Shown here piece after piece: positions 34,878-42,243 of a stretch of 51,449 bases of DNA. The position numbers and the translations under genes are program-made. The stretch comes from an uncultured Candidatus Saccharibacteria bacterium (lineage in GTDB: Bacteria > Patescibacteriota > Minisyncoccia > Phycocordibacterales > Zambryskibacteraceae), in assembly GCA_964348525.1 (NCBI GenBank), contig CAYGCY010000004.1:1886-53334 (forward strand). The letters run 5' to 3'. Below the pieces are notes generated by a model. It made no database searches and was not told the origin of the DNA. It was given only the letters and a program-made list of their open reading frames with translations. Every line of letters starts with the position of its first letter. Within the stretch, counting starts at the first letter, position 1.

Positions 34878-36065
34878 TTATGGCATAAATTTTGAAAACC
34901 AGCCTCTAGCAGTTTTTCCTATTTTCCCAGGGCGTTTTAAAATTCCTGAGATTGATGCAAGAGATATTGGTGCGTCTCCCTCCTGTTCAAGTCCTATGTA
35001 GCAGAGGCCATACGCTACAGCCCATGATGAGTCTTTTACCACCCTTTCTTTTGAACCTATTTCTATGTGAGCAATGCGAGAGGGAAGTCTCAAAGCGGTT
35101 TTTGCATAATCTTCTATTGTAGTAATGCCAGCTCCGCCCCCTGTAATAATTATTCCTGCAGGTAAAAGCTGTGACCGCCCCATTTTTTTCAAATGTGTTT
35201 CGATTAATTCAAAAATATCTGAAAGACGAGAAGAAATGATGTCGTCCAATTTCTTTTTTGGATAATCCGCATTTACCAAGCCTCCGCGCTTTAGCATCTC
35301 GGCCTCCTCCAAAGATATTTTCATGCCTAGTGCAATGTCGTGCGTGATGTTTGTTGAGCCCACAGGAAAAACTTCGAGCGATATTGGAATGTTGTTTTCA
35401 AAAACAGCGACAGAGACGGTTTCTGAACCTATGTTTGCAAGGACACAGCCCGCAACTTTTTGAGATTTGGTAAGGGTTACAAAGCTCGCTGCAATAGGCG
35501 CTGCCGAAATATCCAAAACTTCTATACCAGCTTCCGCCAATGCCTCTACCAAATCACGCAAGTGGCTTTCCAAGCATGTTACAAAAAGTGCCTTCACGGA
35601 AAGCTCGTTTCCGGTCATTCCCAGTACTTTTCCATATACGGGTTTTTGGTCTACAAAATAGTCTATGGGGATGCTGTAAATAATGCTTTTATTTTGAAGG
35701 TCTTTTTTAGGTATGTTTTCTTCGGCAGATTTCAAAGCCTCTTCTACATCGTGTTCTGTGATTTCATTGTCTTGCCTTGCAATAGGGATAGTTCCTGTTG
35801 CGGAAATGCTTGAAAGCCCAATGCCCCCAATAGACACATATGCGGATTCCAAACGAGTGCCAAGCTGGTTTTCTATATTTTCTTTAGCTGTCCTGATGGC
35901 TCTTGCTACTTCTCCAACATTAACCACATAGCCGTGCCTGAGTCCTTTAGATTCTGTATAGGCGGTTGCGAGAATAATAGGTGCCTGAGCTCCTTTTTCG
36001 GCTACCACAATTTTTACTTGGTATGAGCCGATATCAATTCCTACCGCTATATTTTTTCTTGCCAT
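34878..36065 (-). CDS. ftsA: Cell division protein FtsA (actin-like ATPase)
   Basis: IAVGIDIGSYQVKIVVAE..., GGIGLSS, IIITGGGAGI. 395 aa. Confidence 0.9.
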   Translation of the reverse strand: MARKNIAVGIDIGSYQVKIVVAEKGAQAPIILATAYTESKGLRHGYVVNVGEVARAIRTAKENIENQLGTRLESAYVSIGGIGLSSISATGTIPIARQDNEITEHDVEEALKSAEENIPKKDLQNKSIIYSIPIDYFVDQKPVYGKVLGMTGNELSVKALFVTCLESHLRDLVEALAEAGIEVLDISAAPIAASFVTLTKSQKVAGCVLANIGSETVSVAVFENNIPISLEVFPVGSTNITHDIALGMKISLEEAEMLKRGGLVNADYPKKKLDDIISSRLSDIFELIETHLKKMGRSQLLPAGIIITGGGAGITTIEDYAKTALRLPSRIAHIEIGSKERVVKDSSWAVAYGLCYIGLEQEGDAPISLASISGILKRPGKIGKTARGWFSKFMP

Positions 36066-36438
36066 TGGTCTTTAGGTGTAAAGGTAAGGAGATTTTCAGC
36101 AACTTCAAAAATTTCCTTTCTTGTTCATTCATTTTAGCGCTATGTTTAAGACCTTTCAAATGAAGGAGTGCGTGGATAAGCATATATTTCTCACATTCTT
36201 TTTCTGTAATGCCAAATTTTTTTGCATCTTTTTTTATTTGCTTCAAATTGAGAAAAATTTCTCCAGATTTCTTTGAGTATGGAAAAGACAATACATTAGG
36301 AATGTAGTCCTTTTTTCTGTATTGCTTGTTTAGTGAGAGGGCCAGCTTGTCGCTCGCAAAAACGACAGACAATTCATAGTCTTTTGGTAGAATCTTTTTC
36401 GCTATTTTTTCGAAGATTTTTTGCTTATCTTCTGCCAC
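36034..36438 (-). CDS. ybeY: rRNA maturation endoribonuclease YbeY
   Basis: HALLHLKGLKH matches the HxxxHxxGxxH zinc motif. 134 aa. The 3' end overlaps the ftsA start by 32 nt. Confidence 0.8.
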   Translation of the reverse strand: MAEDKQKIFEKIAKKILPKDYELSVVFASDKLALSLNKQYRKKDYIPNVLSFPYSKKSGEIFLNLKQIKKDAKKFGITEKECEKYMLIHALLHLKGLKHSAKMNEQERKFLKLLKISLPLHLKTNGKKKYSGRN

Positions 36439-36670
36439 GCTTTTTTTCTACAACCTTGCCCATTTTTAGATCGGCGAGAACAGCTTCTTTTCTAGATATC
36501 CTTTTTAGAGCCTTCTTTCTTTTCACATTTTCAGAGCGGTTCCTTTCAGAATATCTCTTTGAGCGAACCTTGGTTAAAACTCCAGAGCCTTGAACTCTTT
36601 TAGTAAAACGGCGAAGAGCCGAAAGATTGTTTTCGGTTGAGCCACGACTTATTTCTACATTAACTGCCAT
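36425..36670 (-). CDS. rpsU: 30S ribosomal protein S21
   Basis: 81 aa and basic. ...NNLSALRRFTKRVQGSGVLTKVRSKRYSERNRSENVKRKK. Confidence 0.8.
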   Translation of the reverse strand: MAVNVEISRGSTENNLSALRRFTKRVQGSGVLTKVRSKRYSERNRSENVKRKKALKRISRKEAVLADLKMGKVVEKKRGRR

Positions 36671-36726
36671 AGATGCAAAACTTTAACATAAAGCCCGATT
36701 ATGGGCAATCTTGTATACAAAACCAG

Positions 36727-37902
36727 CTAAACCCTACCTCTTTTTAGGATTTTCTTTATGTGTTCAGCTACCTCTAAAATAGGGTAAGATTCTTGCGCTC
36801 TGGTTTCGTTGTCTCTTATTACCACCGATTTATCAAGCGCTTCTTTGTGTCCCATAATTATAAGGAATGGAGTTTTATCTTCCGTTCCCATTTGAGAAAG
36901 CAGTTTGTCTCTTGATATGTGGAACATTACTGGCACCCCAACCTTTCTAAGGCACTCAACGAGTGATAAAGATAAGAGCTTGGCTGAATATCCGAGTTGT
37001 ACAAAATGGAATTTTGGTTCGGGAAGTTTTTTCTTTGTGGCTTTTGCGGAACCTCCGTTTACTACTACAGAAATAAAAGGAGTCTCTCTTTTTGCCCCCA
37101 TTTTTTTGGTAAGAGGCGAGAGTCTCATACCTCGGGCGAGAGTTTCTCCGCTAGCATTGCTCCTCACTTCAAAAATTATCTGATGAGCAAGTGCGCGTGG
37201 CCCCATAAGAGAAGTGTCTAGGACATACGGCACGTCCATTGCTTCTATATATTCAATAACTTCTTTCAATAAATTTCTGGCATTTTGAGACAGAGAGGCA
37301 ATAGCTGTGGGGAATCGCTCTTTGAATGGCGATTCTGCATATTTTTTATCAGTAAGAAGCAAGAGGGGATTGTCTTTTATTGATTTTCTAATTTCGGGCG
37401 ACATGAGGGGAGAATTTTTTCTCAAAAACGATGCCACCGCGTGATCAAAGTCGTTCATTGACTCTCTGTCTCCCGTAGAACCGAGGGCGATGTACAAGTC
37501 TTTGTGCCCTGCCTCTTCAAGGAGCGACAAAACCGTTCTTAAGGCCAGAGCTTCTCCGGCGCTTGAATTTATGCCCATTATCCTTAGCGATATAGAGGCT
37601 TTCTTTTTTTCAAATGAAGAGTGGGATACTAAAAGAAGTGGGTGAGGAAGGGCGCTCCAGTTGTTTTCTACATATCTTTTCACGAAAGCCACATCTTCAT
37701 CTATAAAAAGCATAGTCTCTTTTTCTCCGCCCAAAAGCTCTTTTGCATATTCGCGGTCCTGCCTCCCCGGCATAAAAGATTCAATAGGAATAAACCCGAA
37801 AAAAGCGGCCACTTCATCTGCCTTTAAGGAAAAACACCTCAAGGCCAAGCCTGCGCCTTTAATTTTTTCCTTTACTGTCGTGTCTGGTTTTTTAGGAAAC
37901 AT
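36727..37902 (-). CDS. Histidyl-tRNA-synthetase-like protein (class IIa fold plus anticodon-binding domain) with degenerate catalytic motifs
   Basis: The colinear layout resembles HisRS/HisZ: LRIMGINSSAGEALALRTVLSLLEEAGHKDLYIALGSTGDRES and a C-terminal HGTP-anticodon-like FHFVQLGYSAKLLSLSLVECLRKVGVPV...FLIIMGHKEALDKSVVIRD. However, RGLDYY and GGRYD equivalents are not recognisable. Confidence 0.55.
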   Translation of the reverse strand: MFPKKPDTTVKEKIKGAGLALRCFSLKADEVAAFFGFIPIESFMPGRQDREYAKELLGGEKETMLFIDEDVAFVKRYVENNWSALPHPLLLVSHSSFEKKKASISLRIMGINSSAGEALALRTVLSLLEEAGHKDLYIALGSTGDRESMNDFDHAVASFLRKNSPLMSPEIRKSIKDNPLLLLTDKKYAESPFKERFPTAIASLSQNARNLLKEVIEYIEAMDVPYVLDTSLMGPRALAHQIIFEVRSNASGETLARGMRLSPLTKKMGAKRETPFISVVVNGGSAKATKKKLPEPKFHFVQLGYSAKLLSLSLVECLRKVGVPVMFHISRDKLLSQMGTEDKTPFLIIMGHKEALDKSVVIRDNETRAQESYPILEVAEHIKKILKRGRV

Positions 37903-37904
37903 TT

Positions 37905-38510
37905 TTATTTGAAACTACTTAACGCTCCTGGCAAAAGTTTTATTTTGTCCAACGGGTAAAGTGCTAAAAATGGTCTGCCAACGATATTTTTTCTAGGCAC
38001 CGCCCCCCACACCCTAGAGTCAGAGCTCGCGCCTCTGTTGTCTCCCATTACGAAATACTCGCCTTCATTTAGAGTGAAAGAAGTATCCGAGGTTTGTTTG
38101 TACGCTACATATGGCTCCTCTATTTTCAAGATTTCTTTTGTGGCAGGATTTTTTATTGAAGTGCCTGAATTATCTAGTATTACCGTTTCTCCCGGCAGGC
38201 CTATGATTCTTTTTATGAAATATTGGTCTGGGTTTACTGGGTATTTAAATATCACCACGTCGCCTCTTTTAGGGTCTCCTAGTCTATAAGAAAGCTGGTC
38301 TACTATTAGGTATTCATTGTTTTTGAATGTTGGGTCCATTGAAGAACCGTCCACCAGATAGGGCTGAGCAATAAAAATTCTGAAGGGGATTATTATAAAA
38401 ACGATAATAGCTATTGAAGACAAAACATCCTTTACCCAGGCCCGTTTGTACCATTTTTTAGGAGCCAGAGAGGTAGTTATTGGAGCATTTTCAATAGAGT
38501 TTTCTTCCAT
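37905..38510 (-). CDS. lepB: Signal peptidase I
   Basis: GSSMDPTF (catalytic Ser box), RGDVVIF, GDNRGASSDSR. Confidence 0.9.
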   Translation of the reverse strand: MEENSIENAPITTSLAPKKWYKRAWVKDVLSSIAIIVFIIIPFRIFIAQPYLVDGSSMDPTFKNNEYLIVDQLSYRLGDPKRGDVVIFKYPVNPDQYFIKRIIGLPGETVILDNSGTSIKNPATKEILKIEEPYVAYKQTSDTSFTLNEGEYFVMGDNRGASSDSRVWGAVPRKNIVGRPFLALYPLDKIKLLPGALSSFK

Positions 38511-38599
38511 GTTCGCGCTATTGTACTGCCTTGCTTACATAACGACAAGTTTTTTTAAATTTTTTACATTTTTTTCAAAAAAACTGTAAACTATTAATC

Positions 38600-39187
38600 A
38601 TGTGGTACATAGTGGGTTTAGGAAATCCAGACGAAGAATATAAAGGCACTCGGCACAATATTGGCCGTGATGTTGTGAGTGCTTTGGCTAAAAAGTTCGA
38701 TTTAGGTTTTAAAGAGGACGGAAAAGCAAAAACTCATTTTGCAAAAGGTTCAATCGGTAAAAAGCCGAGCATGCTACTACTCCCAGATGTTGCAATGAAT
38801 AACAACGGGCTTGTTGTCCGCGCTTTTATAAAGAGTAAAAAAGATGCGAAGAATTTGATTGTAATCCGTGACGATATAGATATGGGGCTAGGAAAAATGA
38901 AAATCACATTTGATAGAGGTTCTGGCGGACACAGAGGTGTGGAATCAACTTTAAAGCAAATAAAAACCAATGAATTTTTTCAACTCAAGATTGGAATTTT
39001 GCCCCTTACGCCATCAGGAAAACCAAAGAAACCAATAGGAGAGAAGAAAGTAATAGATTTTATTTTGGGCACATGGAAGCCGACCGAAGAAAAGATAATT
39101 AAAAAAGAAATAAAAAGAGCCGGTGAAGCTATTGAGGCCCTTATTAATGAGGGGTTTCCTAAAGCGGCGAGCAATTTCAACGGGTAA
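38600..39187 (+). CDS. pth: Peptidyl-tRNA hydrolase
   Basis: WYIVGLGNPDEEYKGTRHNIG. 195 aa. Confidence 0.9.
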   Translation: MWYIVGLGNPDEEYKGTRHNIGRDVVSALAKKFDLGFKEDGKAKTHFAKGSIGKKPSMLLLPDVAMNNNGLVVRAFIKSKKDAKNLIVIRDDIDMGLGKMKITFDRGSGGHRGVESTLKQIKTNEFFQLKIGILPLTPSGKPKKPIGEKKVIDFILGTWKPTEEKIIKKEIKRAGEAIEALINEGFPKAASNFNG

Positions 39188-39188
39188 C

Positions 39189-39220
39189 AAAAATACCACT
39201 CATAAGTGAGTGGTATTTTT
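39189..39220. terminator. Bidirectional terminator between pth and rpsA
   Basis: AAAAATACCACTCA-TAAG-TGAGTGGTATTTTT. Confidence 0.8.
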
Positions 39221-39238
39221 GTATTTCTTATCTAGTTT

Positions 39239-40312
39239 TTAAGCTTCTACAAAACTTAATGTTAATTTCTGATCTTTTGAATCAAATGTGACTATCTTGA
39301 AGTTGTAAACCTTTCCAAGCCCCAATTTTTCTCGAAGCTTTTCTTCAGAACCAAATTCAGATACATGTACGAGCCCTGCTACGCCCTCTTCTATTGAAGC
39401 GAGTGCTCCATGCTTGTTGAATTTGATTACAACACCCTTTACGATATCGCCTTTTTTGTATTTTTCTTCAGTACCCTGCCAAGGATTTGGTTTCAAAGCC
39501 TTGATAGAAAGAGAAATCTTTCCGTCTTTTATTTCTATAATCTTCACCTTTACTCTGTCTCCAACTTTGTAAACAGAGCGAGGGTTTTCAACGAGTGACC
39601 AGTCCATCTCTGAAATATGCACGAGCCCTTCAAGGCCGTCTTCTATTTTTACGAACACTCCGAAATCAACGGCTCCTGTTATTTCTCCTACAAACTCGTC
39701 TCCTACTGCGTACTTGTCTACCATTTCGCTTTTTGCTTTCTCTATCTCGCCCTTTTCAGAGAAAATGAGCTTACCTTCTTTTGGCAAAGCTGCGATTATG
39801 ATGACGTCCAAACTTTCTCCAACGAACTTCCTTAACTCATCAAGTATTTTGTCTTTATCTCCATCAGCAACTCTTGGGTAGTGCTCGGGCTTCAATTGTG
39901 AAGCAGGTAGGAACCCTTGAATTCCTTGCCAAGAGAGCATAAGCCCGCCCTTGTTTGCGTCTACTACCGATAGAGCAAAAAGTTTCTTGTCTCTTATAGC
40001 ATCATCCGCTTCTTGCCATATTTGCGCTTGCCTTGCTTCTTTTAGAGAAATTTCTATGTAGCCTTCTGGGTTGTTGAAGCCCACAACTTTGCCAGCAATA
40101 GTGTCGCCAACATTTACATTTTTTATGATGTCTCTCGCTTGTAAAAATTCACGACCAAAAATGATACCAGTACCAAATGGTGCTAGGTCTACATAAACAG
40201 CAGCTTTTTCAATTCCTATAACTTTGCCCTCTATTATGTCGTCCGCTAAAGGCGGGGTAGGGGCATCCGCGACGATTTTCTGCATCGCAGGATTTATTTT
40301 TATCTCTTTCAT
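39239..40312 (-). CDS. rpsA: 30S ribosomal protein S1-like protein (four S1 RNA-binding domains)
   Basis: Repeated S1 motifs: G.V..I....v.VDL..g..G.I, GLVHISE, GLVHVSEF. 357 aa. Confidence 0.85.
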   Translation of the reverse strand: MKEIKINPAMQKIVADAPTPPLADDIIEGKVIGIEKAAVYVDLAPFGTGIIFGREFLQARDIIKNVNVGDTIAGKVVGFNNPEGYIEISLKEARQAQIWQEADDAIRDKKLFALSVVDANKGGLMLSWQGIQGFLPASQLKPEHYPRVADGDKDKILDELRKFVGESLDVIIIAALPKEGKLIFSEKGEIEKAKSEMVDKYAVGDEFVGEITGAVDFGVFVKIEDGLEGLVHISEMDWSLVENPRSVYKVGDRVKVKIIEIKDGKISLSIKALKPNPWQGTEEKYKKGDIVKGVVIKFNKHGALASIEEGVAGLVHVSEFGSEEKLREKLGLGKVYNFKIVTFDSKDQKLTLSFVEA

Positions 40313-40319
40313 ATTTAGT

Positions 40320-40391
40320 GGCGCGATGCCCTACAATCCGAGCTTTTCCGAAAGGTTCAGAAAGGTTCGGATGGCAAGGGGATTACGCGCC
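40320..40391 (-). promoter_or_regulatory. Structured 5' leader of rpsA (candidate autoregulatory element)
   Basis: The minus-strand read is GGCGCG...ATCCGA ACCTTTCTGAACCTTTCGGAAAAGC TCGGAT...CGCGCC. It has nested complementary arms and ends 7 nt before the rpsA ATG. Confidence 0.4.
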
Positions 40392-40444
40392 GTTATTAAT
40401 GATTAATTCTTATAATTCATACGGAACGAACTACGGGATAGTAC

Positions 40445-40478
40445 AAAAAAAACAGCCAACCCGCAAGGGGCTGGCTGT
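40445..40478 (-). terminator. Intrinsic terminator of cassette C1
   Basis: Minus-strand ACAGCCAGCCCC-TTGC-GGGTTGGCTGT followed by TTTTTTTT. Confidence 0.8.
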
Positions 40479-40497
40479 CATGACGGAGTTCTCCTCG

Positions 40498-40779
40498 CTA
40501 TTCGGCCGTCTTTGTGTCAGGCCGTGTTTTGAGGAGCTCCATGATTGAGTCGCACTGTGCTTGTGTGACTCGTCCCTCGATGAGGGGGACCGCTCCGCCG
40601 AACGCTCTCGGGTCCGGCTGACACGTGACGCTGTCCGTAACCACCCGAACATAGCCGGGTCTGTTGGGGACAGGCTCCACCCTAACGAACTCGGCTGTTG
40701 CGAAGAAGACGAGTCCCAAGGCAAGAATGATGGCTACCTTGAGAACGTCGAAATCGCTCTCGCTCCTTTCTTTCGGCAT
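40498..40779 (-). CDS. GC-rich small bitopic membrane protein with a 2-Cys ectodomain (cassette C1)
   Basis: 93 aa. SD GGAG 8 nt upstream. TM helix VAIILALGLVFFATA. Cysteines at VTCQPD and AQCDS. Confidence 0.65.
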   Translation of the reverse strand: MPKERSESDFDVLKVAIILALGLVFFATAEFVRVEPVPNRPGYVRVVTDSVTCQPDPRAFGGAVPLIEGRVTQAQCDSIMELLKTRPDTKTAE

Positions 40780-40820
40780 AACTACACTCCGTGGTGTTGG
40801 GTACGCAAAGATCTTTTTAG

Positions 40821-40849
40821 ATTATTACACATTATTTTATATTTAGCAA
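40821..40849 (-). promoter_or_regulatory. Promoter-like TTGCTA-N16/17-TAATAAT (TG-extended) for cassette C1
   Basis: Minus-strand ATTTGCTAAATATAAAATAATGTGTAATAATC. Confidence 0.45.
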
Positions 40850-40850
40850 A

Positions 40851-40884
40851 TAAAACAAAACCCCCACCAGCAAGCTGGTGGGGG
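40851..40884 (-). terminator. Intrinsic terminator of cassette C2
   Basis: Minus-strand CCCCCACCAG-CTTG-CTGGTGGGGG followed by TTTTGTTTT. Confidence 0.8.
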
Positions 40885-40912
40885 ATGTGCCCTGTGTCGC
40901 CGGGCCGGCGTC

Positions 40913-41341
40913 CTAGCGCGCGAGGTCTCGTCTCACGTGGCTTTCGGGCCGGTAGACGTTGGTTCCTTGCGCAACGCGGTAGTCGTAGTCGGAGTTGTCG
41001 GCGAAGTTTGCCGAGGGACCGGCGCGTGAACTGGCGATGATGTCAACCGTCAAAACGTGGTCGGCGGTCGAGGTCGATTTGCGACCGGCCAAGACGGCCT
41101 GCACCTCCTTGCCGAGCACCGGCTTCATCGCGGTGAAGTTCTGCGGCGAGTCCGTCGACGAGCTGGCGCACTTCGGCGCGAGCCCGAGCTCGAGCGAGGC
41201 CGTGGCGACGAAATCGCACGGAACGTGCGAAGTCAGTACCATGACCTGCGGTTCCCCAGCGTTCGCCGGGGGAGCCGTTGCCATCGTCGCGAGAGCGAGA
41301 ACGGCGACGGCGGCCAAGAGTGCCGTGCGGGACCTGATCAA
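40913..41341 (-). CDS. GC-rich secreted protein with signal peptide and 2 Cys (cassette C2)
   Basis: I prefer the TTG start at 41341, with GGAGG 5 nt upstream. This gives (M)IRSRTALLAAVAVLALATMATAPPANA|GEPQ. The ORF-track ATG at 41440 lies inside the -35 box of the promoter. Sample line 41101-41160 is 40/60 GC. Confidence 0.65.
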   Translation of the reverse strand: MIRSRTALLAAVAVLALATMATAPPANAGEPQVMVLTSHVPCDFVATASLELGLAPKCASSSTDSPQNFTAMKPVLGKEVQAVLAGRKSTSTADHVLTVDIIASSRAGPSANFADNSDYDYRVAQGTNVYRPESHVRRDLAR

Positions 41342-41412
41342 GCATACCTCCGCGCTAGGGAAGTGATTGGAAAGAACGTCCTCGTGGACGTCCGATCCAG
41401 AGGCGAAACTAT

Positions 41413-41440
41413 ATAATACACCTTTTGTACATTTTGTCAA
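41413..41440 (-). promoter_or_regulatory. Near-consensus promoter TTGACA-N16-TATTAT (TGT-extended) for cassette C2
   Basis: Minus-strand ATTTGACAAAATGTACAAAAGGTGTATTAT. Confidence 0.6.
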
Positions 41441-41460
41441 ATATAGAAATTATATAAATG

Positions 41461-41529
41461 AAAACACCAGCTCATCCGCTGGTGTTGTTTATCTGCTTTG
41501 GGGCGACGGCGTTTGAGCGCCGTCGCCCC
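41461..41529 (-). terminator. Two tandem hairpins ending the C3 transcript
   Basis: Minus-strand GGGGCGACGGCG-CTCAAA-CGCCGTCGCCCC, then AACACCAGC-GGATGA-GCTGGTGTT followed by TTTC. Confidence 0.65.
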
Positions 41530-41940
41530 GCACAGTGTTCCGCCGTAGTTTGCGAGGCGTTGCCTCGTAGCCATAGTTGAGTTTGGCAGACGAGAGTCCT
41601 TAGACCCCGTGCATGCCCAATTCCCGACTGGCCGTTCGTTACCCGGCGGATGGTGGTTGGCTCCGGTGTTAGGCGGAGCGGTCGATTATCGTGAGGTGTC
41701 CCTCAGGACCATGATTGCCATGTGCGAGCCCAGCGAGTTGTCCGCTCATTCTGTGTTAGAGCGAACCTCTTTTCTTGGGTGTACGACATTCCTCCGTTTG
41801 AGGCCTAGGCTCTAGTGGCCCCGAGCAATCGAACGGCAACCAGCACGGGTCAGCCGTTCATCCAAATGGATGAGTTCGTGGGCGCACTTAGTTGTGCCTC
41901 GAATCTCATCCGTTGAGTGCGACGGTGTCGGCCGGTACGG

Positions 41941-42033
41941 CTAGTCGCCGTAGCGGCCGGCGCCGGTGCGCGAGTTGGTCTTGAGCGTGGAATAATCGTC
42001 GGCGATACGAACGAGGGGCGGGGAACGAGTCAT
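41941..42033 (-). CDS. Candidate 30-aa peptide MTRSPPLVRIADDYSTLKTNSRTGAGRYGD (cassette C3)
   Basis: ATG preceded by GTGAGGTTCC (GAGG 4 nt upstream). 24 of 30 third positions are G/C, far higher than in the overlapping 62-aa frame. Below the ORF-track size cutoff. Confidence 0.3.
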   Translation of the reverse strand: MTRSPPLVRIADDYSTLKTNSRTGAGRYGD

Positions 42034-42106
42034 GGAACCTCACGACGTTTGAAGGTGCTATGTCTGTGCCGTGGGCAGGATTTCCACCCCGCACTTTGAC
42101 CTCTCT

Positions 42107-42134
42107 AGTATAGCAGACAATAGGTATTTGTCAA
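42107..42134 (-). promoter_or_regulatory. Near-consensus promoter TTGACA-N16-TATACT with a TGC extended -10 (cassette C3)
   Basis: Minus-strand ACTTGACAAATACCTATTGTCTGCTATACT. Confidence 0.6.
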
Positions 42135-42243
42135 GTATGTAAATTAAATCAGCCATTTAGCACTTGGCTATTTACATATTTTATGGCTTAAATTAGCCAT
42201 AAAAACTATGGTCAATTTGTGCCGTTTTTGTTATAATACTTGT

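Noticed and set aside
40431-41440. Alternative-frame and long-start ORFs in island C (40431..40724, 40561..41040, 40995..41366, 41043..41345, 41057..41416, and the ATG at 41440)
   Set aside because: High-GC DNA keeps many frames open. These translations are Arg/Gly/Pro-rich junk without an SD. The chosen frames have an SD, signal or TM features and G/C-rich third positions. The ATG at 41440 lies inside the predicted -35 box.
41609-42094. ORFs 41609..41815 (68 aa, +) and 41906..42094 (62 aa, -)
   Set aside because: Neither has a convincing SD. The 62-aa frame has much lower third-position G/C than the overlapping 30-aa frame and is Arg-rich. The 68-aa ORF runs against the direction set by the flanking promoter and terminators. 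Both are kept only as alternatives in the findings.
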